A program made the position numbers and the translations under genes. Positions 11,587 through 20,884 of a stretch of DNA of 64,000 bases are shown here, piece after piece. Source of the stretch: Candidatus Zhuqueibacterota bacterium (GTDB lineage: Bacteria > Zhuqueibacterota > Zhuqueibacteria > Thermofontimicrobiales > Thermofontimicrobiaceae); NCBI GenBank assembly GCA_049322915.1, contig JBMOPW010000034.1, positions 32,001-96,000 on the forward strand, read 5' to 3'. Positions within the stretch are counted from its first letter, which is position 1. Every line of letters starts with the position of its first letter. The notes beneath the pieces were generated by a model that ran no database searches, was not told the origin of the DNA, and was given only the letters and a program-made list of their open reading frames with translations.

Positions 11587-12729
11587 TTATCTTGGCGAAA
11601 CGTCTGTGGGAACCGCTCCAGCGTGGAGAAACGAAGCGCTGTTCATTGGGTGCAACTGAATGGTGTAGCTGGTGTCGAAAATGACTTCAGTAACCACAAC
11701 CATTTTTTGGAAGATGCCGTCAATGCCGAGGATGTAGGTTACCTGAAGCGAATCATTGTTCATTTCTTCGACCAGTTGACTTTTCAAATCGTGAACAGGG
11801 AATCCGTAACCGTGAAGCGTTGTTTTTATTTCAATCGGAAACTCGAATCGGCCGGATCGAAAAACAGTCTCGCCGGCATCCTGATCCAGGGTGAGGCCAA
11901 TTGGAATGGCTTTGTCGTACGGCTGGACATGGTGGAAATATTCCCGGTACACTGGTTTGGAAAATCCAAAGATGTAGGTGAGAAGTCCGGCAGATCCCGC
12001 AATGCACGCCCATTTCAACACAGGGTATTTTCTCTTCCAGTCCGGGCCGGGTGTCGTCGAAGATCGTCTCATGAGAAAATCGATGACAGCGGCTGCGCCG
12101 CACGTCATCCCGCCGGACCAGAGGACGTCCGATAAAAAGTGGCCCCCCTGAGCCATGCGCGCCGTGCCGATATAGAGTCCCATGGCCAGGCTCATTGCCA
12201 GCGCGATGTGAGCAAGACGCGGATTTTTCTTTCGATACATAAAATAAAAAACAATCAGGAAAAACCCGGTCGATGCATGCCCGCTGGGGAACGAGGCGCC
12301 TTTGCCAGGAATGCCCGGTTGCCAGACTTCGTGATATGTCCATTTGCCGCCGAATTGCTCGATTTGCCGTGGCCGTGGCCGGCCCCAGTGGTCTTTGAAA
12401 ATGCCATTGACCAGCAATCCCGGGCCTAAAATGAAACTGAGAATGATGAATTGTGCGTTTCGTCTGAGCGGGGCCAAATTTGAAATCTTCAGGCTGAGGA
12501 AAAATACAGCAAGAGCGGCAACAAAAATGAGAATGGCAGGGTAGGGGCCGTAGTGATAAGCCAATGTCCAGGGCACGGAATTCCGCTGATACCAACCCGA
12601 CGAGGTTGAGTCGTAAAAATAAGATTCGATTTTCAGATCGAGATTTAAAAAAGAAATGGCGCCTGTGATCAGGGCTAAAATAAATAGACTGATCATGGCG
12701 ATCAACAAAAAGTGGCTGGGTCGATTCAT
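11587..12729 (-). CDS. PAP2-family membrane phosphatase with C-terminal soluble extension
   Basis: KDHWGRPRP, SFPSGH, RMAQGGHFLSD catalytic motifs; several TM helices. Confidence 0.88.
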   Translation of the reverse strand: MNRPSHFLLIAMISLFILALITGAISFLNLDLKIESYFYDSTSSGWYQRNSVPWTLAYHYGPYPAILIFVAALAVFFLSLKISNLAPLRRNAQFIILSFILGPGLLVNGIFKDHWGRPRPRQIEQFGGKWTYHEVWQPGIPGKGASFPSGHASTGFFLIVFYFMYRKKNPRLAHIALAMSLAMGLYIGTARMAQGGHFLSDVLWSGGMTCGAAAVIDFLMRRSSTTPGPDWKRKYPVLKWACIAGSAGLLTYIFGFSKPVYREYFHHVQPYDKAIPIGLTLDQDAGETVFRSGRFEFPIEIKTTLHGYGFPVHDLKSQLVEEMNNDSLQVTYILGIDGIFQKMVVVTEVIFDTSYTIQLHPMNSASFLHAGAVPTDVSPR

Positions 12730-12750
12730 GCGATGTATTTCAATGAAATG

Positions 12751-12778
12751 AAAAGCACAACCCGCAGGCTGTGCTTTT
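12751..12778 (-). terminator. Rho-independent terminator after PEPCK
   Basis: AAAAGCACA...TGTGCTTTT inverted repeat. Confidence 0.65.
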
Positions 12779-12806
12779 TATCAATTCCGAACGTGATTAT
12801 CAAGAA

Positions 12807-14651
12807 TTACCGATACCCGGCCGGTCTCGGCGGTCGGGACTTGCTCACCCACGATTGCGATGATCCGGGAATTCCAGCGCCATCCACAGGGGACGCTGAA
12901 GTATCCGGCATAAAGACCTGCTTCGTCTTTGTGTCTTTGTAAATTTGGAACGAACTTTCTGCCTCTTTCAAAATCTCGGGTTTCAACCCCTCGCTGGCAA
13001 TTTCATCGGTGAATTTGCGCCGGCCGTCGACAATGTCCTTCAAGTAAAAATCGACTTGTTCTCTCGAGTACAGCTTGAAGGGATTGTACGGTTCAATATC
13101 GCCGCCCTGGCACCAGACAACTTCCTCTGTCCCAAAGATGCCGCGCTGATATTTGTTGGTTCCTCTCAAATCCCCGCGCTGAATGGCGGCCATGAGATTG
13201 ATCGGGACGCGGGTCACCTTTCGAATAACGCGCTTTTTCGGAATTGAGCCATCCATATAGTTATCGATGATCTCCCCGACGCCGCCGGTATTGTACTGAT
13301 AAAATTCAACCTTGCCCGGAAATTTATCCATCAAGTCCATAATAATGCTGTAAAAGCGATTGACTTTGTTGGCGCGCGAACCGACAATGAACGGGTCAGT
13401 GCCCACAACGCGCACAGATTCGCCGGCTTTATCCGGCTGAGAGGCGTAGCTGTGACTGGATTCGCCCCAGAGATAGGCCAGCACAGCCTGCTCGGCCGTG
13501 AGGCGCTGCGCGAACGGCATGATCGTGTTGCGCCGTGTGATGAATGCAAAGGCGATCCCATCCAATTCTTCGAGCGGCGGAAGATTGATGCTCTTGGAAT
13601 CAATGCCGACGAGCTTTCTGCCGCGCTTTATTCTCAGTTTATCTTTGCGAATCACAGCCCGACCATTGCCGCATAAATTTTCATCCAAAAAATCGGGATT
13701 GCCATTCGAATCGATCATGACGTTTTCGTAGAGCGCGGACTTGTCAATCAGCGCGTAGTACATGGCTTCTTGCAGCTCTTTGTCCACGTCTGTTTTAACG
13801 AAGAAGCCCTGCTCGCTGCCATAGGCAGAACCGTCCCGGCGCAGAAATACAATGTCATCCTGCACAGCTTCAGTGCGTTCGCCTTTGGTGTAATCCAATC
13901 CCAACTGGTGGCAGGACCAGGTCGATTTCCCAGTCGCCGAAAGGCCGAAAAGAAAAATGCCGTATCGCTTGAGTTTATTATCCCGTTCATCCCGCACATA
14001 GACTAATTTGGTGCCGGCATGCAAACCGAGCATTCCGTGTTCGTCCGCGTACCACATGGCCTGTCGTAGAAAGCCCTTTTTATCCTCGCCCATATAATCG
14101 GTGCCCAGGGCGATGTTCAAATTATACTCAGGCAACGCCAGTACCTGCTGCCGTATCTGATGTTCCTCCGGAATATGAATCATGGTAAATTCGGGGCCAG
14201 GTCGTTTCGTAGGATTGCCGAGCGTGTTGCCCCACATGTAAGCGATGCGGTGATTTTTAGGATCGGCAGTGGACATGTAAAGATTGCAAATCGGATTGAA
14301 TTCGCTGTTATCGCCCATCTGCCTCCGGATATGGACGAAGGGCAGAGTGCGCATCAGATGCAGCACTTTGTGAAGCTCCTCCGGCGCGCTTTCAATTAAT
14401 TTCGCATGCAAGTCCGATGGTTTGGGAAGCCGCACACGCTCACTCCCAAGATACACGGTCCGGGGAGCGACGCGGCTGGAGACCGCAGAACGCCAGCCAT
14501 AGGAACCGTACTTAGTTTTTGTGCCTCTGGAAAAAGCAAGCTTTCCCAACTTTTTCAAATCATAATGCTTAATAGTTTTACCATCCAACAGGGGTTTCAG
14601 GTTTTGAGAGAATCGTTTGTAGTCCTCTTCGTGGTAAGTTACAGTGCTCAT
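12807..14651 (-). CDS. pckA: Phosphoenolpyruvate carboxykinase (ATP)-like protein
   Basis: GTDYMGEDKKG, LHAG, FGLSATGKST (P-loop), QDD, ENVM, NGRA, NTG motifs. Confidence 0.82.
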   Translation of the reverse strand: MSTVTYHEEDYKRFSQNLKPLLDGKTIKHYDLKKLGKLAFSRGTKTKYGSYGWRSAVSSRVAPRTVYLGSERVRLPKPSDLHAKLIESAPEELHKVLHLMRTLPFVHIRRQMGDNSEFNPICNLYMSTADPKNHRIAYMWGNTLGNPTKRPGPEFTMIHIPEEHQIRQQVLALPEYNLNIALGTDYMGEDKKGFLRQAMWYADEHGMLGLHAGTKLVYVRDERDNKLKRYGIFLFGLSATGKSTWSCHQLGLDYTKGERTEAVQDDIVFLRRDGSAYGSEQGFFVKTDVDKELQEAMYYALIDKSALYENVMIDSNGNPDFLDENLCGNGRAVIRKDKLRIKRGRKLVGIDSKSINLPPLEELDGIAFAFITRRNTIMPFAQRLTAEQAVLAYLWGESSHSYASQPDKAGESVRVVGTDPFIVGSRANKVNRFYSIIMDLMDKFPGKVEFYQYNTGGVGEIIDNYMDGSIPKKRVIRKVTRVPINLMAAIQRGDLRGTNKYQRGIFGTEEVVWCQGGDIEPYNPFKLYSREQVDFYLKDIVDGRRKFTDEIASEGLKPEILKEAESSFQIYKDTKTKQVFMPDTSASPVDGAGIPGSSQSWVSKSRPPRPAGYR

Positions 14652-14703
14652 TTCGATTTCCTGGCTTGGGATAGTGAACAGGGAATGTCAATTTTAATTG
14701 CTG

Positions 14704-14732
14704 AATATAAGATATTTGGACATAAAAAGCAA
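14704..14732 (-). promoter_or_regulatory. Putative sigma70 promoter for PEPCK
   Basis: Minus strand TTGCTT-17 nt-TATATT. Confidence 0.55.
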
Positions 14733-14887
14733 CTGCTTTTTTAGTTGCCAAAATCACTTGTTTCGTGTTTGTGTTTAAATGAAAAACAAAAATAGGTATT
14801 CATCGGAATGCTAATTATTATCTAAAGAGATTCCATTTAAAAGCCTAATAATTACTGATCACGGATGAAAAAAAGTAAAAAAATTTG

Positions 14888-14916
14888 TTGCAATATATTT
14901 TAAATATCCCTATATT
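14888..14916 (+). promoter_or_regulatory. Putative sigma70 promoter for flotillin
   Basis: TTGCAA-17 nt-TATATT. Confidence 0.6.
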
Positions 14917-14989
14917 TCCCGACATTTAATCGCCTATAAATTTTTAATTTATTTTCCGCTCACCAATTAAGAGCACCAAGGAGGAACGA

Positions 14990-16402
14990 ATGGAACTAAC
15001 AACGGTTAATTTGCTCATCATTATCGGGTCTGTCGTCATCATCATTGCTTTGTTTATTCTGGCATTAGCCAAGCAATATCGCAAGGTGGGGCCTAATGAA
15101 GTCCTCATCATTTCAGGAGGTCGATCACACAAAGTCACGGATCCGGATGGAACAGTCAAGAAAATAGGGTATCGTATGAGTATTGGTGGCGGTACTTTCG
15201 TGAAGCCGTTCATTGAACAAGTTCAGACACTACCCCTGGAAATTTACACGCTGCAGGTGAAAACGCCGGAAGTGATCACCTCTCAGGGCGTAAATATCAT
15301 CGCCGAAGCAAGCGCTCAGGTGAAAATTAAAAGTGATGAGTTTTCGATTCGAAAAGCTGCGGAACAATTTTTAGGCACTGGATCTCAGGGAATAAAGGAC
15401 GTCTCCTTCAGCGTGCTCGAGGGCTTTGTTCGGGCGATCATCGGCACCATGTCCGTCGAGGACATCTATCGCAACCGCGATAAATTCGCCGAACGAGTCA
15501 TCACCGACTCCCGAATCGATTTTGATCGAATGGGGCTGGAAGTTCTTTCGTTCGCGCTGCGCGATATCAGCGATACCCAGGGATACCTCAATTCGCTGGG
15601 TCTTCCTCGAATTGCACAGGTTAAAAAAGACGCCGCCATTGCCCAGGCCGAGACTGATAAAGAAGCGACCATCAAAGCGGCCCAGGCCAGAAAAGACGGA
15701 GACATTGCCAAACTGAAAGCTGAAATTGAAATCTCCAAAGCCAACCGCGATTTTGAATCGCAGCGCGCTCAGTACCAGGCGGACATTAACCAGAAGCGTG
15801 CACTGGCCGATTTCTCCTACGAACTGGAAAAATATCGTATCGTGCAGCAGATAAAGAAAGAAGAGTCAATGGTAAAATTGATTGAAAAAGAGCAGGCCAT
15901 TAAAATCGAAGAGATGGAAATTTCCCGCAAAGAAAAAGAGCTGGATGCGTCCGTGAAAAAAGCTGCTGATGCGACCAATTACCAGTTGAAATCCCAGGCC
16001 GAGGCTGAAGGCTATCGCATTAAAGAAGAGGCCAAAGCTCAGGTTGAGGCGAAAAAGCTGGAAGGACTGGCCGAAGCAGCATTGATCAGAGCCAAAGGCG
16101 AGGCCGAAGCGGATGCCATGCGCATGAAAGCGGAATCATGGAAAGACTACAATGATGCAGCAATCTATAAAATGGTCATCGATGCGCTGCCGGAATTGGC
16201 CCGCGCCGTCTCCGAGCCATTGTCCAGAATTGAAAAGATCATCATGGTCGGCGGTGGTGATGGTGCGAACGGCGTTTCCAAAATCACCGAACAGGTTGCC
16301 CAGGTTTTGGCGCAACTGCCAACAGTCGTTCAATCTCTCAGTGGCGTTGATTTGACAAAGCTATTGAAAAATCTTCCCGGACAGGAGCAGAAAGACAAAT
16401 AA
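14990..16402 (+). CDS. Flotillin (SPFH/Band 7) family protein
   Basis: N-terminal TM, YRKVGPNEVLIISG, GGGTFV, AAEQFL, EA-rich coiled coil, AEAEG repeats; GGAGG RBS. Confidence 0.92.
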   Translation: MELTTVNLLIIIGSVVIIIALFILALAKQYRKVGPNEVLIISGGRSHKVTDPDGTVKKIGYRMSIGGGTFVKPFIEQVQTLPLEIYTLQVKTPEVITSQGVNIIAEASAQVKIKSDEFSIRKAAEQFLGTGSQGIKDVSFSVLEGFVRAIIGTMSVEDIYRNRDKFAERVITDSRIDFDRMGLEVLSFALRDISDTQGYLNSLGLPRIAQVKKDAAIAQAETDKEATIKAAQARKDGDIAKLKAEIEISKANRDFESQRAQYQADINQKRALADFSYELEKYRIVQQIKKEESMVKLIEKEQAIKIEEMEISRKEKELDASVKKAADATNYQLKSQAEAEGYRIKEEAKAQVEAKKLEGLAEAALIRAKGEAEADAMRMKAESWKDYNDAAIYKMVIDALPELARAVSEPLSRIEKIIMVGGGDGANGVSKITEQVAQVLAQLPTVVQSLSGVDLTKLLKNLPGQEQKDK

Positions 16403-16637
16403 TCAGGTAATTGCCGATCATTTCAGCCGGGATTCCAATTCTTCCCGGACACAATGATCGTCAATTTTCCGATGAGCAGATTGTCGCTGCGCGCCGAGAG
16501 AGACTCCCTGCGCGCTGCGGGGCGTTCCACATCCATCCCGGGTGGGATTGATTTTTCCCATGATAGAAATCGACGTAATAACATTAGCTCACAATTCATG
16601 AACTGTTGTCATTACCAAAACTAAGAAGATTACTTAT

Positions 16638-19028
16638 ATGATATCAACGAGAGTACAGGAAATTGGATTTTCTCCGACATTGCGAATAAACGCCAAAGCG
16701 CAGGCCATGCGCGCAGAGGGCATTGACGTCATCGATTTGAGCGTCGGTGAGCCGGACTTTGCCACGCCGGAGAATATCAAAGATGCCGGGAAGGCCGCAA
16801 TTACCAAGAACCTGACCAAATATACGGCCAATGCCGGAATTCCACAGCTCAAAAAAGCGATTATCAATCGCATTTTCAATGATCATGGCATTACGTATGA
16901 ACCAGACGAAATCATTGTTTCCAGCGGCGCAAAAAACAGTCTTTACAACGTGGCCATGGCCATTTTCAACCACGGGGAAGAGGCAATTTTACCGGCGCCG
17001 TACTGGGTGTCTTATCCTCATATCATCAAACTGGCAAAGGGTGTGCCTGTTGTCATCCCGACGCGAGAAGAGAATGGCTTCAAATTGACGCCAAAAGATT
17101 TGAGCCGGGCCATCAATTCAAATTCAAAAGTGCTCATTCTGAATAACCCCAGCAATCCGACCGGCGCGACTTACTCGCGCGATGAATTGGAGGAGTTGGC
17201 CGATATTGCCATTGATGAAGGCCTGTTGATCATCGCCGATGAAATTTACGAGAAACTGGTTTACGATGGCTTTCGATTCTGCAGCATCGCGGAGTTGGGT
17301 GAAAAAGTGAAGCAAAATACAGTGATCATCAATGGCGTTTCCAAAGCGTACGCCATGACCGGCTGGCGAATCGGATTTGCTGCCGGCCCCAAAGACATCA
17401 TTGCTGCCATGGGAAAAGTCCAGAGTCACAGCACGTCCAACGCGAGTTCGATTTCCCAGTATGCCAGTGTCGAGGCCTTTGCCGGGCCGCAGAACGAAAT
17501 CAATAAGATGGTGTCTGAATTTCAGCAGCGGCGTAATTACATGCATTACCGATTGAGCCAAATTCCCAAAATTTCCTGCTATAAATCCCAGGGCGCATTT
17601 TATCTCTTCCCGAATTTTTCCGCCTATTACGATATGGCCTACGAAGGCAATCCAATCAGGAATTCGCACGGACTGGCCTATTATCTTTTGAAACACGCGC
17701 ACGTTGCCATTGTGCCCGGCGATGCATTTGGCGATGATAAATTCATCCGATTTTCCTACGCCACATCCAGGGAAAACATAGAGAAAGCCATGGATCGGAT
17801 CACTGAGGCCATGGGCAAATTGGTGCCGATTAAAAAATCATCAAAAAAACCGCTGAACAATACTGTCACTCAGCGAAAGTCATTTGTGGAAACTGAGGCG
17901 AACATCAGTCTGGAAATGCGCAATGCGCTCCTGGCTGAGTCGGAAGCTTTCATGACGTTCGAAGGCTATTATGAATGGAATGTCAATATTGCCGGCATCA
18001 TCGTTCAGCTTCGGACAAATAGCCCGCATCTCTATGAGTTCTGGATGGAGAATTTTTACCCGGCCCAGTTGGAAACAGATCTGGAACCACACGCTATCAT
18101 TTATGCGGTGAACTGGATCACGGGACGCGAGGCGCGAGCCTTCTACAACCCTGAATCGCGGACTGTGTTTTACTTCAAATCCGCTTTCTATCCTCAGTTG
18201 CGGAGCCTGGCTCTGGGAATGGTCGCTGATATCACGGAGCGGTTGTACGACATGCACATGGTTCGCGCCCAGTCCGTGGATATTGCTGGCAAAGGGATGC
18301 TGCTCATCGGTCCCCCGGGCACCGGTAAAATGGACCAGTTTGCGGAATTATTGAAGCAGCCAGGGATCAAGCTGCACTCCAACGACGTTGTCCTGATGCG
18401 ATATGTCGGCAATGAAGCGTTCGCCGATGGGGTGGAGAGAAAATTCACCATGTCCACCGATTTTGTCGAGAAGTACCCGCAGATGGTGAGCCTGTTCGAC
18501 ATGAGCAAATGTGAAAATGTGGTCACCTCGAAAGAAGAATGCACAAACGAGAAATGCAAAAGGGAGGACAATTGTCGACTGGATCGCGGAGCGCCATACT
18601 GCTTTTCGGCGTCGGAGCAGTCCATTGCGTTGCTCGACCCCTATTGGCTGGGCGGGCCGGAAAAGCATGTGAAACGAACTTCAGTGCGATGGGTTGTCAT
18701 TTTTAGAAAAGATCCCATTGCTCCGGCAATAGTGAAGGCAACGCCTGAAGATGCCATCAAATTTCTTGAAGAAGGCAGAAATCCGAGCAGCTATGGTAGC
18801 GCGCAGAACGTTCCTTTCTTCAATCCCCATCTGCTCATTAAATCGATAGATCGAATTGATAGTCAAAAACAAAATTTCAAAAAGCTATTCAAGTCGGCAT
18901 CGGTTTACATTGTGAATGCCGGGATGGAATCCAAAGAAGCAATCAAACAGAGGATTTCCGCGCTGGTCGCTGGCAATGAAGAATCGGCGCTGAAGTTATT
19001 CTCGAAGGCAACAGAGCAATATAAATGA
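16638..19028 (+). CDS. Class I/II PLP aminotransferase (aspartate aminotransferase-like) fused to C-terminal PEPCK/HPrK-like P-loop domain
   Basis: aa 1-395: GEPDF, NNPSNPTG, DEIY, SKAYAMTGWRIG. aa ~400-796: GMLLIGPPGTGK, 5-Cys cluster, PFFNPH. Confidence 0.85.
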   Translation: MISTRVQEIGFSPTLRINAKAQAMRAEGIDVIDLSVGEPDFATPENIKDAGKAAITKNLTKYTANAGIPQLKKAIINRIFNDHGITYEPDEIIVSSGAKNSLYNVAMAIFNHGEEAILPAPYWVSYPHIIKLAKGVPVVIPTREENGFKLTPKDLSRAINSNSKVLILNNPSNPTGATYSRDELEELADIAIDEGLLIIADEIYEKLVYDGFRFCSIAELGEKVKQNTVIINGVSKAYAMTGWRIGFAAGPKDIIAAMGKVQSHSTSNASSISQYASVEAFAGPQNEINKMVSEFQQRRNYMHYRLSQIPKISCYKSQGAFYLFPNFSAYYDMAYEGNPIRNSHGLAYYLLKHAHVAIVPGDAFGDDKFIRFSYATSRENIEKAMDRITEAMGKLVPIKKSSKKPLNNTVTQRKSFVETEANISLEMRNALLAESEAFMTFEGYYEWNVNIAGIIVQLRTNSPHLYEFWMENFYPAQLETDLEPHAIIYAVNWITGREARAFYNPESRTVFYFKSAFYPQLRSLALGMVADITERLYDMHMVRAQSVDIAGKGMLLIGPPGTGKMDQFAELLKQPGIKLHSNDVVLMRYVGNEAFADGVERKFTMSTDFVEKYPQMVSLFDMSKCENVVTSKEECTNEKCKREDNCRLDRGAPYCFSASEQSIALLDPYWLGGPEKHVKRTSVRWVVIFRKDPIAPAIVKATPEDAIKFLEEGRNPSSYGSAQNVPFFNPHLLIKSIDRIDSQKQNFKKLFKSASVYIVNAGMESKEAIKQRISALVAGNEESALKLFSKATEQYK

Positions 19029-19033
19029 AATAG

Positions 19034-19066
19034 GGGCGCACGACATCGCATGCGCCCTTTTCTTTT
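19034..19066 (+). terminator. Rho-independent terminator
   Basis: GGGCGCA...TGCGCCC followed by T-tract. Confidence 0.7.
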
Positions 19067-19479
19067 CATTCGATAAAATCAATGTCCATTCGGACTTTGC
19101 GCTGGAAGATTGAGTACATGTCCTTCAAAAAATTCCCTTCGACATCCATTTTTACTGCCATGGTGAAGAAGACAAATTCCACCGGGATTCGTTCGGCGTC
19201 TTTTCCCTGTCCCACACGCTCCATCTTGTTTTTGACAGTGAAATCTTCAATACTCACATTTTCAAATTCAATGTTGTTGTCGTACTGATCGTACGGCGTT
19301 AGTTTCAATTTAATAAGCCGCTTCCTGAAGCCGGCAAACAGGTCAGAAATTTGCAGGGTGTTATTCAACTGCGCCTCGCCTTTGAAGACCATTTTATCGA
19401 GGGTCTCCTTGGTCTCCGGATTCTTTTCCTGCTTGGGCTGAAAAGCCGTAATGCGTGCATCGTCAAATGTGCTGCTCAT
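19066..19479 (-). CDS. Hypothetical protein (137 aa)
   Basis: Clean ORF with AAGGGA RBS and protein-like composition; family not recognised. Confidence 0.7.
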   Translation of the reverse strand: MSSTFDDARITAFQPKQEKNPETKETLDKMVFKGEAQLNNTLQISDLFAGFRKRLIKLKLTPYDQYDNNIEFENVSIEDFTVKNKMERVGQGKDAERIPVEFVFFTMAVKMDVEGNFLKDMYSIFQRKVRMDIDFIE

Positions 19480-19983
19480 TGTATTTTTCCCTTGTGTTAG
19501 ATGTAAATTTCAACCAATCACGAGTTAATGTTCACTTGAAATGGATGCTCAGAAATGGCGCCTAATTTACTCATTTGGAATTTATATTTCAAGAGAAATA
19601 TATTGTAATTTTCATTGCTCTGGTTTTATTGTTAAAACGAACAGCCTGAAAAGAATTTGCAAATTCAGACAACCTATAAAAAATGGATGACTGACATTCC
19701 GCCTCTGCTGTCCATACACGTCAGCGCTTTTCCGATTGTACTCTTTCATTGATTGCACTTGCCGGATCAGCCCGAGATGCTGTTTCCAGGACAGACAGCG
19801 TCAATTGACGAAAAGCATTGACCCTAAAAAAAAATTGTCCATTGAAGATCGATGTTGGATTTAAAAATTGCTTGCATTATAAGAAATAAATTATTAAATT
19901 CAGCCGTTAAAATTTGGTCAACTAAAAAGGCAAAGGCAATCTTGGAATTTGCCAGAGGTAAACACACCCCATTGGCGCACCGG

Positions 19984-20628
19984 ATGAATCAATTTTTTGA
20001 TGCCCGGGAAAAGATGGTCGCAGAACAACTGGCGAATCGGGGGATTTCGAACCAGGACATTCTGAAAACTATGCGCAAAATTGAACGGCATTTCTTTGTC
20101 GATAAGAAATATTGGGGCAAAGCCTACGAAGATTCGCCATTGCCCATTCCGTGTTCTCAGACAATTTCTCAGCCGTACATGGTCGCCTTGATGACTGAAT
20201 TAATCGAGCCCAATAAGTCAAAGCGGGTTCTTGAAATCGGTACCGGTTCAGGGTATCAAACCTCCATCCTGGCGGAGTTGTGCAAACAAGTCTACTCCAT
20301 CGAACGGCACCAGGAATTGGCGGATAGCGCATTTAAGCTGCTCACGCATCTGGGCTATCGCAACATCGAAATTACCACCACCGATGGGACTTTGGGTTGG
20401 CCGGAAGAGGCGCTCTTCGACGCAATCATTGTCACCGCTGGCGCGCCCGGTGTGCCTGAGCATCTTGTCAATCAATTGAAAGATGGTGGACGCATGGTAA
20501 TCCCGGTGGGGAGTGCGTATCAGCAGGATTTGTTGTTAGTCACCAAACGAAGCGACTCATACATCACAAAAACTATCTGCGGATGTATTTTTGTACCGCT
20601 GATCGGCAGCAAAGGATGGGGAGAATAA
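19984..20628 (+). CDS. pcm: Protein-L-isoaspartate(D-aspartate) O-methyltransferase
   Basis: AYEDSPLPI..QTISQPYMVA, VLEIGTGSGYQ, FDAIIVTAG, FVPLIG. Confidence 0.95.
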   Translation: MNQFFDAREKMVAEQLANRGISNQDILKTMRKIERHFFVDKKYWGKAYEDSPLPIPCSQTISQPYMVALMTELIEPNKSKRVLEIGTGSGYQTSILAELCKQVYSIERHQELADSAFKLLTHLGYRNIEITTTDGTLGWPEEALFDAIIVTAGAPGVPEHLVNQLKDGGRMVIPVGSAYQQDLLLVTKRSDSYITKTICGCIFVPLIGSKGWGE

Positions 20629-20670
20629 GGAAAATTTCAGTATAAAAATCGTTTTGCGTTTTATAAAATT

Positions 20671-20745
20671 CGGGGCGTAGCGCAGCCCGGTTAGCGCGCC
20701 TGCTTCGGGAGTAGGAGGTCGGAGGTTCAACTCCTCTCGCCCCGA
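20671..20745 (+). tRNA. tRNA-Pro(CGG)
   Basis: Cloverleaf CGGGGCG/CGCCCCG, anticodon arm CCTGC-TTCGGGA-GTAGG, GTTCAA T-loop. Confidence 0.95.
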
Positions 20746-20756
20746 CACATGAGATG

Positions 20757-20784
20757 AGGCCTTGTTGAATGACAGGGCCTTTTT
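20757..20784 (+). terminator. Terminator after tRNA-Pro
   Basis: AGGCCTTGTT...GACAGGGCCT followed by T-tract. Confidence 0.7.
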
Positions 20785-20849
20785 CATTGGTGGAAACAGC
20801 TATCGACCTCGGCAACGTTCCTCAAAAATGAAATCCGCTTTTTTTGGGC

Positions 20850-20878
20850 TTGACATCCTCTGCGAATTTTATTATCTT
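20850..20878 (+). promoter_or_regulatory. Putative sigma70 promoter, probably giving a leaderless mRNA
   Basis: TTGACA-17 nt-TATCTT, with 6 nt between the -10 hexamer and ATG 20885. Confidence 0.6.
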
Positions 20879-20884
20879 ACAGCC

